Shown piece by piece: positions 28,389-38,533 of a stretch of DNA of 64,000 bases. Position numbers and translations under genes: made by a program. Source of the DNA: Candidatus Fraserbacteria bacterium. Lineage in GTDB: Bacteria > Bipolaricaulota > Bipolaricaulia > RBG-16-55-9 > DRXL01. Location of the stretch: positions 32,001 through 96,000 of the forward strand of contig CAMTVK010000007.1 in the NCBI GenBank assembly GCA_947085185.1. The letters are read 5' to 3'. Positions within the stretch are counted from its first letter, which is position 1. Each line of letters starts with the position of its first letter. Below the pieces are notes generated by a model. That model ran no database searches. It was not told the origin of the DNA and saw nothing but the letters and a program-made list of their open reading frames with translations.

Positions 28389-30650
28389 ATGGATCGGAAA
28401 ACTATCAAGATTCTTCTCTTGAGTTTGGGAGTCTTCAGTCTCTTGGTGAGTGCCCCTCAAGCTCAGACCGAAAATGTCAAATTCCAGATCGTCATTATCT
28501 TAGACGGCTCAGGCAGCATCTCTAACCAAGACTTCAAGACGATGGTCGAAGGGATCGCCAAGAACCTCGAAGAACCTGGGGTCGTCCCGCGCAACGGCAC
28601 GGTCGAGTTCGGATTAGTGCAGTTCTCCAGCAACTTGCGAGATCAGCGCTTCGATGTCGTCGGCGCTGCCGTAGAGGTCCCCATGACGGTGATCACCGAG
28701 ACGAGCGTGACTACTGTTATTCAGCGAGTGCGCGCCACAATCCAAGCTGGGGGATTTACCCCGCTGGTATCGGGAATTCAATTGGCTACGAAGATGGTCA
28801 CTCAAGACGCCCGTGCCGCAGCAAGCCAGATCTTCAATATCATTACTGATGGGAACCCCAATCTGCCCGGAGGGCGTGAACAAGCCAAGCAAGCCGCTCT
28901 CCAAGCCCGCGATGAGGCGGTCGCCGCGGGCGTCGATCAAGTGGACGCGGAGGGCATCGGTGATGCTCTCGCCGAGCAAGACTTCGTCAATTTCTTGCTT
29001 CAGCTCGTCTGGCCCCAACCGGGAGTGCTTGTGCAAAATGGACAATTCCCTCCCAAAGGAAAGAATGGGTTCGTGATCATGGCTCGGACATTCGCCGATC
29101 TGGAGCGAGCTCTCCGGCAGAAACTCATATTTATCTTGAACCAGTCCCCTGTGGCCGACCCCGGCCCAATCCCAGACGGCAAGCCCGACAAAGACCCCTA
29201 CACATGCACCACTGGGGAGACGATCACCCTCGACGGCTCAGGCTCGTTCGACCCCGATGGCCCCATCGCAAAATATGAGTGGGACTTCGACGGCGACGGC
29301 AAACCCGACGCCACCGGACCCAAAGTCAGCTTCACCTGCCCCGCTACCCCAGGGAGCGTCACTATAACCCTCACAGTCACCGACAGCGCCGGAACGACAG
29401 CGACCGCCCAGCAGACTATTACCGTGAGCCAAGCTCCACCATCTAACCAACCTCCGACAGCCAACTGTGGTACCGTCCCCGCAGAAGTCCTCGTGGGCCA
29501 GACTGTACAGTTAGATGGCTCAGGCTCTTCTGATCCTGAAGGAAAGACCTTGACCTATCAATGGGCGTTCGTGAGCAAGCCCACCGACAGCCAAGCCGTC
29601 ATCGAGAACCCCACCAGCGCGACGGCGTCGTTCAAGGCCGACAAAGAGGGCCCTTACACGGTGAAGCTGTCTGTCACCGACCCTGAGGGCGCAAGCGCCT
29701 CGTGCACAGTTTCCGTCACCGCGAAGAAGCTCGCCCCAGGAGGTCGCGAGGAGCTGGGCGCCATGAAACGCGATATTATCGAGCATGGGCGCACACTCAG
29801 GCTCTCTAAGCCCCTGGAAGATCTGCGATTGGCGCTCAACTTGGTGAAGAGCTTCGGTGCTCTGTCGTCAGCGCGCCAACTCATCAGCCAGACCCAAGAG
29901 ACCGTCAACGAGCTGCTCGTCTCACTCGCCGATACACGGCTGCTGATGGAATCCCTGGCACAGCGAGCTGAAGGAGTGCGCTTCCAAGTCGACGCCTTCG
30001 TCGAAACCAATACGATCAGCACCGAGCGCGCCAATCGTATCTATAAGAGTATAGATGCGCTGATCGCGCTCACCGATGGCGCTGGCGATTCTCTTGACGA
30101 GATCGAAACGCTCATCAATGATGCGCTTGATCTCTTAGCTGAAGCCAGTGACGCTCTAGGAGCGTCGGGAGCGCTGGCCGTCGAGCCCGCCCCCATCGCA
30201 GCGATGTCACCGTCAGAACTGATCCAGAGCGCTCGCGATAAGCTCGTGATGGCCTTTGCCCAATGGCGCGCCCTGCTCAATGGGGCCATCGCGCGCATTG
30301 ATAAAATCTCTTCACAGATGCGCGCAGCACTCAAGCTCGCGGAGCGGCGCAACCGCTTCCGGCTCGTCAAGCCCCAAGAGTTTATCACCCTGAACGCCCT
30401 CGGACAGACGGTACGCTTTGTGCCGAGCGCGCTGCGCTGGAGCGCACACAATTGTCAAGGGTGCTCTCTGAAAGTCACCGTGTACGGGTTAGATGGGCGG
30501 CGTCTCGTCGAGCAAGAGAGCGCCGGACCGACACTCACCCTACACTGGAGGCGCACCCCCGCTAACGGGCTCTACTGGTACGTGCTCACCATCACCAGAC
30601 CCGATGGGCAGCAGACCCAGCTCGTGAGCAAGTTCGTGCTGCTGCGTTGA
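28389..30650 (+). CDS. secreted vWA plus 2x PKD plus helical region protein with a C-terminal sorting-like domain
   Basis: Signal peptide; MIDAS DGSGS..T..TDG; PKD repeats LDGSGSxDPxG..YxW; tail VYGLDGR..NGLYWY..KFVLLR. Confidence 0.8.
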   Translation: MDRKTIKILLLSLGVFSLLVSAPQAQTENVKFQIVIILDGSGSISNQDFKTMVEGIAKNLEEPGVVPRNGTVEFGLVQFSSNLRDQRFDVVGAAVEVPMTVITETSVTTVIQRVRATIQAGGFTPLVSGIQLATKMVTQDARAAASQIFNIITDGNPNLPGGREQAKQAALQARDEAVAAGVDQVDAEGIGDALAEQDFVNFLLQLVWPQPGVLVQNGQFPPKGKNGFVIMARTFADLERALRQKLIFILNQSPVADPGPIPDGKPDKDPYTCTTGETITLDGSGSFDPDGPIAKYEWDFDGDGKPDATGPKVSFTCPATPGSVTITLTVTDSAGTTATAQQTITVSQAPPSNQPPTANCGTVPAEVLVGQTVQLDGSGSSDPEGKTLTYQWAFVSKPTDSQAVIENPTSATASFKADKEGPYTVKLSVTDPEGASASCTVSVTAKKLAPGGREELGAMKRDIIEHGRTLRLSKPLEDLRLALNLVKSFGALSSARQLISQTQETVNELLVSLADTRLLMESLAQRAEGVRFQVDAFVETNTISTERANRIYKSIDALIALTDGAGDSLDEIETLINDALDLLAEASDALGASGALAVEPAPIAAMSPSELIQSARDKLVMAFAQWRALLNGAIARIDKISSQMRAALKLAERRNRFRLVKPQEFITLNALGQTVRFVPSALRWSAHNCQGCSLKVTVYGLDGRRLVEQESAGPTLTLHWRRTPANGLYWYVLTITRPDGQQTQLVSKFVLLR

Positions 30651-30677
30651 TACATCTTAAGCTGAGCTTATGAGCGA

Positions 30678-30711
30678 GAAGACCCCCGCTTAGGCGGGGG
30701 TCTTCCATTTT
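30678..30711 (+). terminator. intrinsic terminator
   Basis: 12-bp stem gaagacccccgc/gcgggggtcttc then cATTTT. Confidence 0.75.
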
Positions 30712-30855
30712 CACGAGATTTTCACGTGACGAGCACAGATTCGGCACCCGCGTCGCGCTATACTGAGCCCGGTACGATGCCCAAGGAGGAACACGAGATG
30801 AAGACGCTCTCACGCGCGCGACAGATAGGGCTCGCCGGCTCGGCGCTCTTCACTT

Positions 30856-32781
30856 TTACAGCTCCAAGGATCGCGTGGCGATCTTCTCTTGGATCCTCGC
30901 GATGACCCCAACCAGGGGCTGCGGCCCAAGATCCTGCCCCGTCCGCAATCTCACGGCCACGTGATCACACGAGGCTTCGCGCTCCCCAACCACCAAGAGA
31001 TACGGGACTTTCTGCGACTGATGGTGCCGGATACGATAGTTGAGCGTGTGGCTGCTGCTGTCGAGCTCGGCACGAATGTTCGCGGCTTTCAGCCTCTGTA
31101 AGACCCTCTGCGCGTATTCGTGCTGGCGATCGGTGATGGGCAGGACGACCGCTTGCACTGGAGAGAGCCACACCGGGAACGCCCCTGCATAGTGCTCAAT
31201 CAAGAAGCCAATCAATCGTTCATGGGTGCTCAGCGGCGCCCGATGTATACAGATAGGAGTCTCGTCTTGCCCTTGGGCGTTCTTGTAGACCAACCCGAAG
31301 CGCCTGGGCACAGCAAAGTCTACTTGGTTGGTCGCCAAAGTAAACTCTTTGCCGATAGCGCTCCAGACCTGCACGTCAATCTTTGGCCCGTAGAACGCCG
31401 CTTCGCCGGGAACTTCAACATAATTGATCCCCCCGTGCTGAAGCGCCCGACGGACCAGCTCTTCGGTCTGCTTCCAAAGCTCGGGCTCATTGACGTATTT
31501 CTTGCCGAGTTCTTTGGGGTCGTGCGTGCTAAAGCGCATCAGATACCTCTCGATCCCAAAGAGCTTGAAGTACTCCAAATACATGCGGCAGACCGCAAGA
31601 AACTCTTCTTCGAATTGCTCGAGCGTACAATAGATATGGGCGTCGTTCATCTGCATGCTGCGCACGCGCATCAGTCCGAAGAGCTCGCCTGATTTCTCGT
31701 AGCGATAGCATGTGCCGTACTCAGCCAAGCGCAACGGCAGATCGCGATAGCTTCGCGGGAGCGCTGCGAAGATCTTATGATGGTGCGGGCAGTTCATGGG
31801 CTTTAAGTAATATTTGACGCCCTCAAGCTCCATGGGTGGATACATCGAGTCTTGATAATACGGGAGATGCCCACTCTTCAGATACATAGACTCTTTACAG
31901 ATGTGCGGCGTGCGCACCCGCAGATACCCTGCCCGCGCTTCGGTCTCCTTGGCTAATCTCTCGAGCTCTTCGATGATGACCGCGCCTTTGGGCAACCAGA
32001 GGGGCAACCCCGGGCCAACTTCCTCATCGAAGAAGAAGATTTCTAGCTCCTTGCCAAGCTTTCTGTGGTCGCGCCTTTTGGCCTCCTCAAGCATCTGCAA
32101 GTGCTTCTCGAGAGCTTCTTTGGTAGCGAACGCCGTGCCGTAGATGCGCTGGAGCATCTTTTTGGTCTCATCGCCGCGCCAATAGGCCCCAGCCACGCTC
32201 AAGAGCTTAAAGTGTCGTATCTGCCCTGTGCTCAGCATATGCGGGCCACGACAGAGATCGAGAAAATCCCCGTCGCGATAGAACGAAACTCGCTCGTCGG
32301 GGATCTCGTCGAGGAGCTCAAGCTTGTACGGCTCATCTTTGACGAGGTGCCGCGCTTCGTCTTTGGAGACTTCTATTCTCTCGAACTTATAGTCCTCTTT
32401 GACGATCTTTCTCATTTCAGCCTCGATCTTCTCTAAGTCTTCAGGGGTGAAGGGGCGCTCGACGTCGAAGTCATAGTAGAACCCGTCTTCGATGGCCGGG
32501 CCGATAGCAAGCTTCACCCCAGGGAAGAGCCGCCGCACCGCTTGAGCTAAGATATGCGCATAGCTGTGCCGATAGATCGCTGCCCCCTCAGGGGAATCTA
32601 CGGGGATCAACTCCACAACAGCTTCAGCGGGCAGCACTCTATGAAAGTCAATGATCTCACCGTCAAGCTTGGCGCCGACGGTGGTCCAGAGCAGCTCCTT
32701 GGCCGTCGTGGCGAGCACATCCTTCAAAGTCGCAGGGCCGTTGTGCTCGAGAGTCCGTCCGTCGGGCAGCTTGACGATCAT
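30856..32781 (-). CDS. thrS: threonine-tRNA ligase
   Basis: TGS domain, DLCRGPH, RDHRKLG, KPMNCP, FYGPKID. Confidence 0.98.
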   Translation of the reverse strand: MIVKLPDGRTLEHNGPATLKDVLATTAKELLWTTVGAKLDGEIIDFHRVLPAEAVVELIPVDSPEGAAIYRHSYAHILAQAVRRLFPGVKLAIGPAIEDGFYYDFDVERPFTPEDLEKIEAEMRKIVKEDYKFERIEVSKDEARHLVKDEPYKLELLDEIPDERVSFYRDGDFLDLCRGPHMLSTGQIRHFKLLSVAGAYWRGDETKKMLQRIYGTAFATKEALEKHLQMLEEAKRRDHRKLGKELEIFFFDEEVGPGLPLWLPKGAVIIEELERLAKETEARAGYLRVRTPHICKESMYLKSGHLPYYQDSMYPPMELEGVKYYLKPMNCPHHHKIFAALPRSYRDLPLRLAEYGTCYRYEKSGELFGLMRVRSMQMNDAHIYCTLEQFEEEFLAVCRMYLEYFKLFGIERYLMRFSTHDPKELGKKYVNEPELWKQTEELVRRALQHGGINYVEVPGEAAFYGPKIDVQVWSAIGKEFTLATNQVDFAVPRRFGLVYKNAQGQDETPICIHRAPLSTHERLIGFLIEHYAGAFPVWLSPVQAVVLPITDRQHEYAQRVLQRLKAANIRAELDSSSHTLNYRIRHHQSQKVPYLLVVGEREASCDHVAVRLRTGQDLGPQPLVGVIARIQEKIATRSLEL

Positions 32782-32850
32782 AGTTCTCGACCTCCTTGTG
32801 TGAAATGGGAGATATACAGCGGGTATTGTACAAGATCGAAGCCAGCGTTG

Positions 32851-33288
32851 CTACTTAGACCGAGAGCGCTCTCCCTCAATAGCTGAGAAGAGAGCGAGCA
32901 CCTTCTCCTCGATCATATCGCGCACCGTTCGATAAAATTCCAAGCCCCGCCCGATGGGGTCGGGAATCCCCCAATCCTCACTGACACCATAAAAGTCCGC
33001 GGGGCAGATATCGTAGCCTAAGCACCCCATCGCGATCACGTAGTCGAAATCACGCAGATCAAACGCAGCTACGCTCTTGGAGCGCTGGTGCGAAATATCT
33101 AGGCCCTTCTCGCGCATGACCGCGATCGCGTCGGCGTGCACATAGCCCGCTGGCTGCGTCCCTGCACTGTGAATCTCCAGATCAAGCTGGCGCTCGTGCG
33201 CGTAATGCTTCGCAAATCCTTCGGCCATCTGGCTGCGACACGAGTTGCCCACACAGACAAAGATGATCTTTTTGCGCGAAGCGTCCAT
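32851..33288 (-). CDS. arsC: arsenate reductase (thioredoxin-coupled, LMW-PTP fold)
   Basis: CVGNSCRSQMAEG P-loop plus two distal Cys (MGC..ICP) and WGIPDP. Confidence 0.85.
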   Translation of the reverse strand: MDASRKKIIFVCVGNSCRSQMAEGFAKHYAHERQLDLEIHSAGTQPAGYVHADAIAVMREKGLDISHQRSKSVAAFDLRDFDYVIAMGCLGYDICPADFYGVSEDWGIPDPIGRGLEFYRTVRDMIEEKVLALFSAIEGERSRSK

Positions 33289-33291
33289 AGC

Positions 33292-33987
33292 TTATGGAAT
33301 GTCTCTCTGTTTCTTACGCTCTTTGCGCCCGGTCACCATATACAGAGTGCGTTCGGCGATGTTGACGGCGTGATCGCCCACGCGCTCCAGATCACGAATG
33401 GACCACAAGACGGGAATGACATCGTCCACGAACTCTTTCGCTTCGGCAGGAGAGTGCGCTTCACGAGCCAGTTCGAGGAGCTTGGCCAACACCCTGCGAC
33501 GCAATTGCCAACACCGTTCGTCCATCTGCGCGTCGCGCTGAATGATCTCCTGAGCGCGTGGGGTGTCTTTGGCCACGAAAGCGCTCACGGAATCGCGCAG
33601 CATCTCGCGGGCAAACTCCCCCAGAGCCGTCAGCTCTTCTTTTGGGACGAGCACGAAGACCCCTACGTCCATCCCATATTGGCCGACGTTCACCGCAAGA
33701 TCTGCGGCGCGCTCCAAGTCCGTGATGATCTTAAAGACGCTCGTGATCACGCGCAGATCTATAGCGACGGGCTGTTGCAGCGCCAAGAGATCCATACACT
33801 CCTTCTCGATGGCGAGATTGAGCTCATCCACTTGGTCATCCCAAGCGTCGAGGCTTTCGGCCAAGGCGCGGTCGTGCTCGCGCAGGGCTTTCAAGCCCAG
33901 ATCGAGCCCTTCTAAGACTTTCTCGCCCATCTCGCGCACCGACTGCGTCAGACGCTCCAACTGCTGCTTATAGCTTTCGCGAACCAT
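33292..33987 (-). CDS. phoU: phosphate signalling protein PhoU
   Basis: QQPVAIDLR, DLERAAD, LERVGDHAVNIAE; start reassigned to MVRESY. Confidence 0.95.
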   Translation of the reverse strand: MVRESYKQQLERLTQSVREMGEKVLEGLDLGLKALREHDRALAESLDAWDDQVDELNLAIEKECMDLLALQQPVAIDLRVITSVFKIITDLERAADLAVNVGQYGMDVGVFVLVPKEELTALGEFAREMLRDSVSAFVAKDTPRAQEIIQRDAQMDERCWQLRRRVLAKLLELAREAHSPAEAKEFVDDVIPVLWSIRDLERVGDHAVNIAERTLYMVTGRKERKKQRDIP

Positions 33988-33997
33988 GAGCTCTATT

Positions 33998-34813
33998 TTA
34001 CCCAAATTTGCCCGTGATGTAATCTTCGGTCTCTTTTTTGTCTGGGGTCTCAAAGATTTTTTTCGTGGGCCCGTACTCGATCAGGCGCCCCAGATACAGA
34101 AACGCTGTAAAATCCGAGACGCGCGCGGCCTGCTGCATATTATGGGTCACGATCACGACGGTGTAGCGCTCTTTGAGCTCGAGCATCAAGTCTTCGATCT
34201 TCGCCGTAGCGATGGGATCAAGAGCCGAGCAGGGCTCGTCCATTAAGATCACTTCGGGCTCGATAGCCAACGTGCGCGCGATGCACAAGCGCTGCTGTTG
34301 CCCTCCCGACAGATCATACCCGCTCTTTTTGTGTAAATAATCTTTGACTTCGTCCCACAGGGCTGCAGCGCGCAGCGCGCGCTCGACGTGCTCGTCTAAG
34401 TTCCCCGTAAAGCCGTTAATGCGCAGCCCAAATGCGACGTTCTCGTAGATAGACTTGGGGAAGGGGTTGGGCTTCTGAAAGACCATCCCGATTCTCCTGC
34501 GGACCTCGACGGGGTCCACATCAGGGTCATAGATGTTCTTGCCGTGATAGAGCACTTCCCCACTGAGGCGCACGCCGGGGACGAGATCGTTCATGCGATT
34601 AAAACACCGGATGAGCGAGCTCTTGCCGCATCCTGACGGCCCGATGATCGCGGTGATCTTGTTCTTGGGGATGTCAAGGGTGATCGAATCGAGCGCTTGC
34701 TGTTTGCCGTACCAGAGGCTGAGCTGGCGCACCTGCAGAATAGGCTCCCCAGCGAAGTCGTTGGGGGAGATGCGAGCCTGCGGGCGCGACTGAGAGACTA
34801 TCGTCCTCTCCAT
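33998..34813 (-). CDS. pstB: phosphate ABC transporter ATPase
   Basis: [34 protein letters not shown]. Confidence 0.97.
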   Translation of the reverse strand: MERTIVSQSRPQARISPNDFAGEPILQVRQLSLWYGKQQALDSITLDIPKNKITAIIGPSGCGKSSLIRCFNRMNDLVPGVRLSGEVLYHGKNIYDPDVDPVEVRRRIGMVFQKPNPFPKSIYENVAFGLRINGFTGNLDEHVERALRAAALWDEVKDYLHKKSGYDLSGGQQQRLCIARTLAIEPEVILMDEPCSALDPIATAKIEDLMLELKERYTVVIVTHNMQQAARVSDFTAFLYLGRLIEYGPTKKIFETPDKKETEDYITGKFG

Positions 34814-34817
34814 CGAG

Positions 34818-36233
34818 CTACCACCTCCTCTGAAATCGTATTCGTAAGAAGATCGCCAGGCCGTTCATCGCCAAGAGAATACTTAAGAGTACTAAAATCG
34901 CCGCGGCGGCGATGGTGGCAAAGCCGTCTTTCGCTTCGCCGATCCACGTGAAGATCTGAATGGGGATGACCGTGAAGTAGTCGCGCAGCCCGGGGATGAA
35001 CGTCAAATACTGAAAAGCTCCAAGCAAGATGAGCAGGGCCGCCTCGCCCATAGCCCGCGAGAGCGCGATAATCAAGCCCGTCAAAATCCCAGGCAAGGCG
35101 TAAGGCAACACGTGAGCGCGCACGACCTGCCAGCGCGTCGCTCCCACCGCATAGGCAGCATGACGGATCGAATCGGGGATGGTGCGCAGTGCCTCGCGAG
35201 CCGCAATGATCACCATCGGCAAGATCAAGAGCGTCATAGTCAGCGCACCGGTGATGAGCACGCGATCCATCTGGAGCGCGCGCGCTAAGATCTCCAGCCC
35301 GATGATCCCGTAGACGACCGAGGGCACGCCTGCAAGATTGACAATCAACAGCTGAATGAGATCGGTCAGCCAATTCTTGGGAGCGTACTCTTCCAGATAG
35401 AGGGCTGCGCCCACTCCCAACGGCAGGGCAAAGAGCGCCGTCAGCCCCACTAAATAGAACGACCCCACGATGGCGCTGGCCAGCCCTGCTTTTTCGGGGG
35501 AGTTGGAGTCGAAGCTCGTGAGAAACTCCCAGATAGCGCGAGCCCAACTGCGCGTGATGGGGATCTGGGCGGTCTGCTCGGCGTCGAGCATAAGTGTCAC
35601 AAGTTCTCCATCGCGCTCAACTTGCACGGTCAACGGAGCTGGCCGGGGCTTCTTCTGGGCCGCGACGATGAGCGCCTCCCAGGCTTGACGTGATCCGGTC
35701 ACGGCAATATCTTCGATCCGGACTAAAAGATCGCCGGGACGCAATCCCGCACGCCATCCCACGCTCTCTTCTGGCAAATAATCTATAGCGATGCGCATGG
35801 CGCCCGTCTGTGGGTCCATCTGGGGCACAAGATCCCCAAAGATCTGTGAGGGATCGCCGGAGATCCAGCCGACCGGGAGAGTATTATGAGGCCAGCGCGC
35901 CATGACATCCCAGACATGCGCTGAGCGAAAGACCGTCTCTGAACCGATATGGATGACCGCGTCGAATTCACTTATCCCTGAGCGGGCCGCTGCGCTCTCC
36001 GGGAGAAAATCCGTCACGATGACGTAGGGGAGATTTTGGGCATCCCATTGGATGACCATGGTGGAGAGCACAAGGCCCGCCCGCGAGGCCGCGCGCATCG
36101 CCATGAGCGGGCGCGCATTGACCAGAATATAGACGATCAGGGCGAGCAGCGCGGCGAAGCTCACGAGAAGTGTGCTGAAGGTGAGCGCGCCAAAGAGCGT
36201 GCTTTTGGTCTTGCGCCACACAAGTGAGCTCAT
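34818..36233 (-). CDS. pstA: phosphate ABC permease PstA with extracytoplasmic tandem PDZ-like insertion
   Basis: [23 protein letters not shown]; ~170-aa insertion after TM1. Confidence 0.9.
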   Translation of the reverse strand: MSSLVWRKTKSTLFGALTFSTLLVSFAALLALIVYILVNARPLMAMRAASRAGLVLSTMVIQWDAQNLPYVIVTDFLPESAAARSGISEFDAVIHIGSETVFRSAHVWDVMARWPHNTLPVGWISGDPSQIFGDLVPQMDPQTGAMRIAIDYLPEESVGWRAGLRPGDLLVRIEDIAVTGSRQAWEALIVAAQKKPRPAPLTVQVERDGELVTLMLDAEQTAQIPITRSWARAIWEFLTSFDSNSPEKAGLASAIVGSFYLVGLTALFALPLGVGAALYLEEYAPKNWLTDLIQLLIVNLAGVPSVVYGIIGLEILARALQMDRVLITGALTMTLLILPMVIIAAREALRTIPDSIRHAAYAVGATRWQVVRAHVLPYALPGILTGLIIALSRAMGEAALLILLGAFQYLTFIPGLRDYFTVIPIQIFTWIGEAKDGFATIAAAAILVLLSILLAMNGLAIFLRIRFQRRW

Positions 36234-37153
36234 TCGTATCGCTCCCGGAAGCGACGCACGATCCCATAGCTCAAGATATTCAAAAAGAGCGTCATCACAA
36301 AGAGCAGCGCGCCGATGGCGAAGATCGTGGCCCAGATGAACGCGCCGGCTTCGGCATCCCCCGTGGCAACGTTGACGATGTGCACGGTCAGGGTCTCCAA
36401 GGGCTTCAGCAGATCCGGGGGCCAGGTGGGCACCCGCCCCGCAGCAATCGCCACGATCATCGTCTCGCCGATGGCTCTGGACATCGCTAAGATAGTCGCT
36501 GCGGCGATCCCTGAGAGCGCCGCAGGCAGCACGACGGAACGAATCGTCTCGTATTTGGTCGCGCCAAGAGCATACGCGCCCTCACGGAGCTCCCGCGGCA
36601 CCGCATAGATAATATCTTCGCTCAGCGACGAGACCAACGGGATGATCGCGATCCCCAGCACGATCCCCGCGCTCAGGGCGTTCCAAAACTGAATCTCCGG
36701 GAGGATCGAGCGCAGAGCCGGCGTCACAAAGAGCAAGGCAAAATATCCATAGACGACCGTGGGGATGCCCGCTAAGATCTCCAAGAGGGGTTTGGCGATC
36801 TTCCGGACGCGCTCTGAAGCGAATTCGCTCAGATAGATGGCGCCAAGCAGCCCGATGGGGAGAGCCACAAGCAACGCGATCCCTGTAATAATCAGCGTGC
36901 CAGCGATCAACGGCAGGGCGCCGTAGGACGGGGTCGAGATATCAGTAGGGGCCCAACGCGTGCCCCATAAGAATTCCCCTAGAGAGACTTTGGCAAAGAA
37001 GATCCCAGAGCCAGAGAGCAGAAGCCAGATGGTGACTCCCGTGACGACCACAGCGAAGAACGCACAAGCGAAGAGCACCCCCTGGATGAGCCGCTCTTTG
37101 AGATACCGTCCTGGGGGCGCGTGCAGCGCGGGCCGGGTCGTTGTCAGCTTCAT
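36230..37153 (-). CDS. pstC: phosphate ABC permease PstC
   Basis: LEILAGIPTVVYG, SRAIGETM. Confidence 0.95.
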   Translation of the reverse strand: MKLTTTRPALHAPPGRYLKERLIQGVLFACAFFAVVVTGVTIWLLLSGSGIFFAKVSLGEFLWGTRWAPTDISTPSYGALPLIAGTLIITGIALLVALPIGLLGAIYLSEFASERVRKIAKPLLEILAGIPTVVYGYFALLFVTPALRSILPEIQFWNALSAGIVLGIAIIPLVSSLSEDIIYAVPRELREGAYALGATKYETIRSVVLPAALSGIAAATILAMSRAIGETMIVAIAAGRVPTWPPDLLKPLETLTVHIVNVATGDAEAGAFIWATIFAIGALLFVMTLFLNILSYGIVRRFRERYE

Positions 37154-37167
37154 GGGTGTTCTCGCTT

Positions 37168-37218
37168 CTATATAGTTTTCCCTTAAAAATTATAGCACTG
37201 GGGCTTGGGCACAGTCAA
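37168..37218 (-). promoter_or_regulatory. internal pstC promoter with CTATATAG site
   Basis: TTGACT-N18-TATAAT (37218 to 37189), extended -10 TG; CTATATAG at 37168-37175. Confidence 0.7.
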
Positions 37219-37232
37219 ATTCAGAGAAGGGG

Positions 37233-37268
37233 CTGAGCCCCCCAGCGGGGTCCTTCTGGGGGGCTCAG
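37233..37268 (-). terminator. hairpin after pstS (terminator or mRNA stabiliser)
   Basis: 13-bp perfect stem ctgagccccccag/ctggggggctcag. Confidence 0.6.
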
Positions 37269-37282
37269 GGGGTTGGAGCAGC

Positions 37283-38431
37283 TCACTTGCAGTGTTCGCC
37301 GTATTTCTTGCGGATCTCTGGGAGAGACAAGCCGGAGTAGTTGCCGCCGAAGGCCGTGCCGGCAATGCGCTTCTTCCAGCAGGTGCGGGCCTCCTCGCGC
37401 ACCTCGCGTGGGACGGGAAGATATCCGGCTTTGTTGAGCATAAACTGCTGATTGCCCAAACGAGCCTCATCAAGATAGAAGTTAATGAAGTCGTCCACGG
37501 CGGGGCGCTCCCCGCTCTTCTTATTGACATAGATGAAGAGCGGGCGACTCAGCGGCTGGTAGCTGAACGCCAAGATCGTATCTACCGTGGGCAGGACGCC
37601 CTTGCACTGGCCGCCCTTGTTTTCGAGAGGCTTTTTGCCGTTCTTGGCGCGCCGAGCATTGAGCTCTTTGAGGACGTCTTCCGGGGCGCTGATCAGATCG
37701 CGGCGCGGGTCGAGCGCTACAGCTTGCACAAACTGGGTATTGTGCACGAAGAAGTTATACCCAAAGTACGTGAGGGCATAGGGGTTGTTGCCGGTCTGTT
37801 GAGCCAAGAGCTGGTCTTCTTCGGTGCCGAAGTAATCTTGTCTGGTGTCGCCCTCTCTCCCGTTGATCGCCGACGTGAAGAAGTCAAAAGTTCCGGAGGT
37901 TTCGGCGGCGCCGGAGAGCGTGATCTCCGCGTTGGGGAAGGTGCTGCGCACCTGGTTCCATTTGGTGATGAATTTTTCTGATTCTTTGGCCCACAGCAGC
38001 TCCAGCTCCCCCACGGTCATGCAGACGGGAGCGGTGCCGAAGATCTTTGTATCTTTGCTGACGGCCACGGTCAGGCCGTCCAGAGCAATCAGAAGCTCAA
38101 TATACTCGATAGCGTTCTTCGCTGCCGTCTCGATCTCAGATGCTTTGATAGCACGCGAGGCGTTGCTGATGTCGGTCTCGCCGACGACGAAGCGCCGAAA
38201 GCCTCCCGACGTCCCACTGACGGCTACAGTGACGTTGATATCGGGTCGGACTTTTTTGAACGCCTCGGCCATGGCCTTGGTGATTGAGGCGGCGGTGCTC
38301 GAGCCATCGGAGAGTATACTCTTTGAATCTTTGGGGGCCCCAGGCTGCCCCACCACCGACAAGACGACCGAGCCGACGACCAACCACGCGACGAATGCCA
38401 CGCGTCTCACTAGAGATGCGCTAAATTTCAT
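37283..38431 (-). CDS. pstS: phosphate-binding protein PstS
   Basis: DGSST, SGTSGGF, DISNASR, SGTFDFF, YQPLSRPLFIYVN. Confidence 0.93.
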   Translation of the reverse strand: MKFSASLVRRVAFVAWLVVGSVVLSVVGQPGAPKDSKSILSDGSSTAASITKAMAEAFKKVRPDINVTVAVSGTSGGFRRFVVGETDISNASRAIKASEIETAAKNAIEYIELLIALDGLTVAVSKDTKIFGTAPVCMTVGELELLWAKESEKFITKWNQVRSTFPNAEITLSGAAETSGTFDFFTSAINGREGDTRQDYFGTEEDQLLAQQTGNNPYALTYFGYNFFVHNTQFVQAVALDPRRDLISAPEDVLKELNARRAKNGKKPLENKGGQCKGVLPTVDTILAFSYQPLSRPLFIYVNKKSGERPAVDDFINFYLDEARLGNQQFMLNKAGYLPVPREVREEARTCWKKRIAGTAFGGNYSGLSLPEIRKKYGEHCK

Positions 38432-38445
38432 ACTTTTCCTCCTTT

Positions 38446-38513
38446 TAGTATAGTTTACTTACGATCTATATAGATCGCACCATAAGTATACACGAGGGGG
38501 AGAGGCGTGTCAA
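38446..38513 (-). promoter_or_regulatory. pstS promoter with palindromic operator
   Basis: TTGACA-N17-TATACT (38513 to 38485); perfect palindrome CGATCTATATAGATCG at 38462-38477. Confidence 0.75.
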
Positions 38514-38533
38514 GTCGGGGGAGGCAATAAAAT

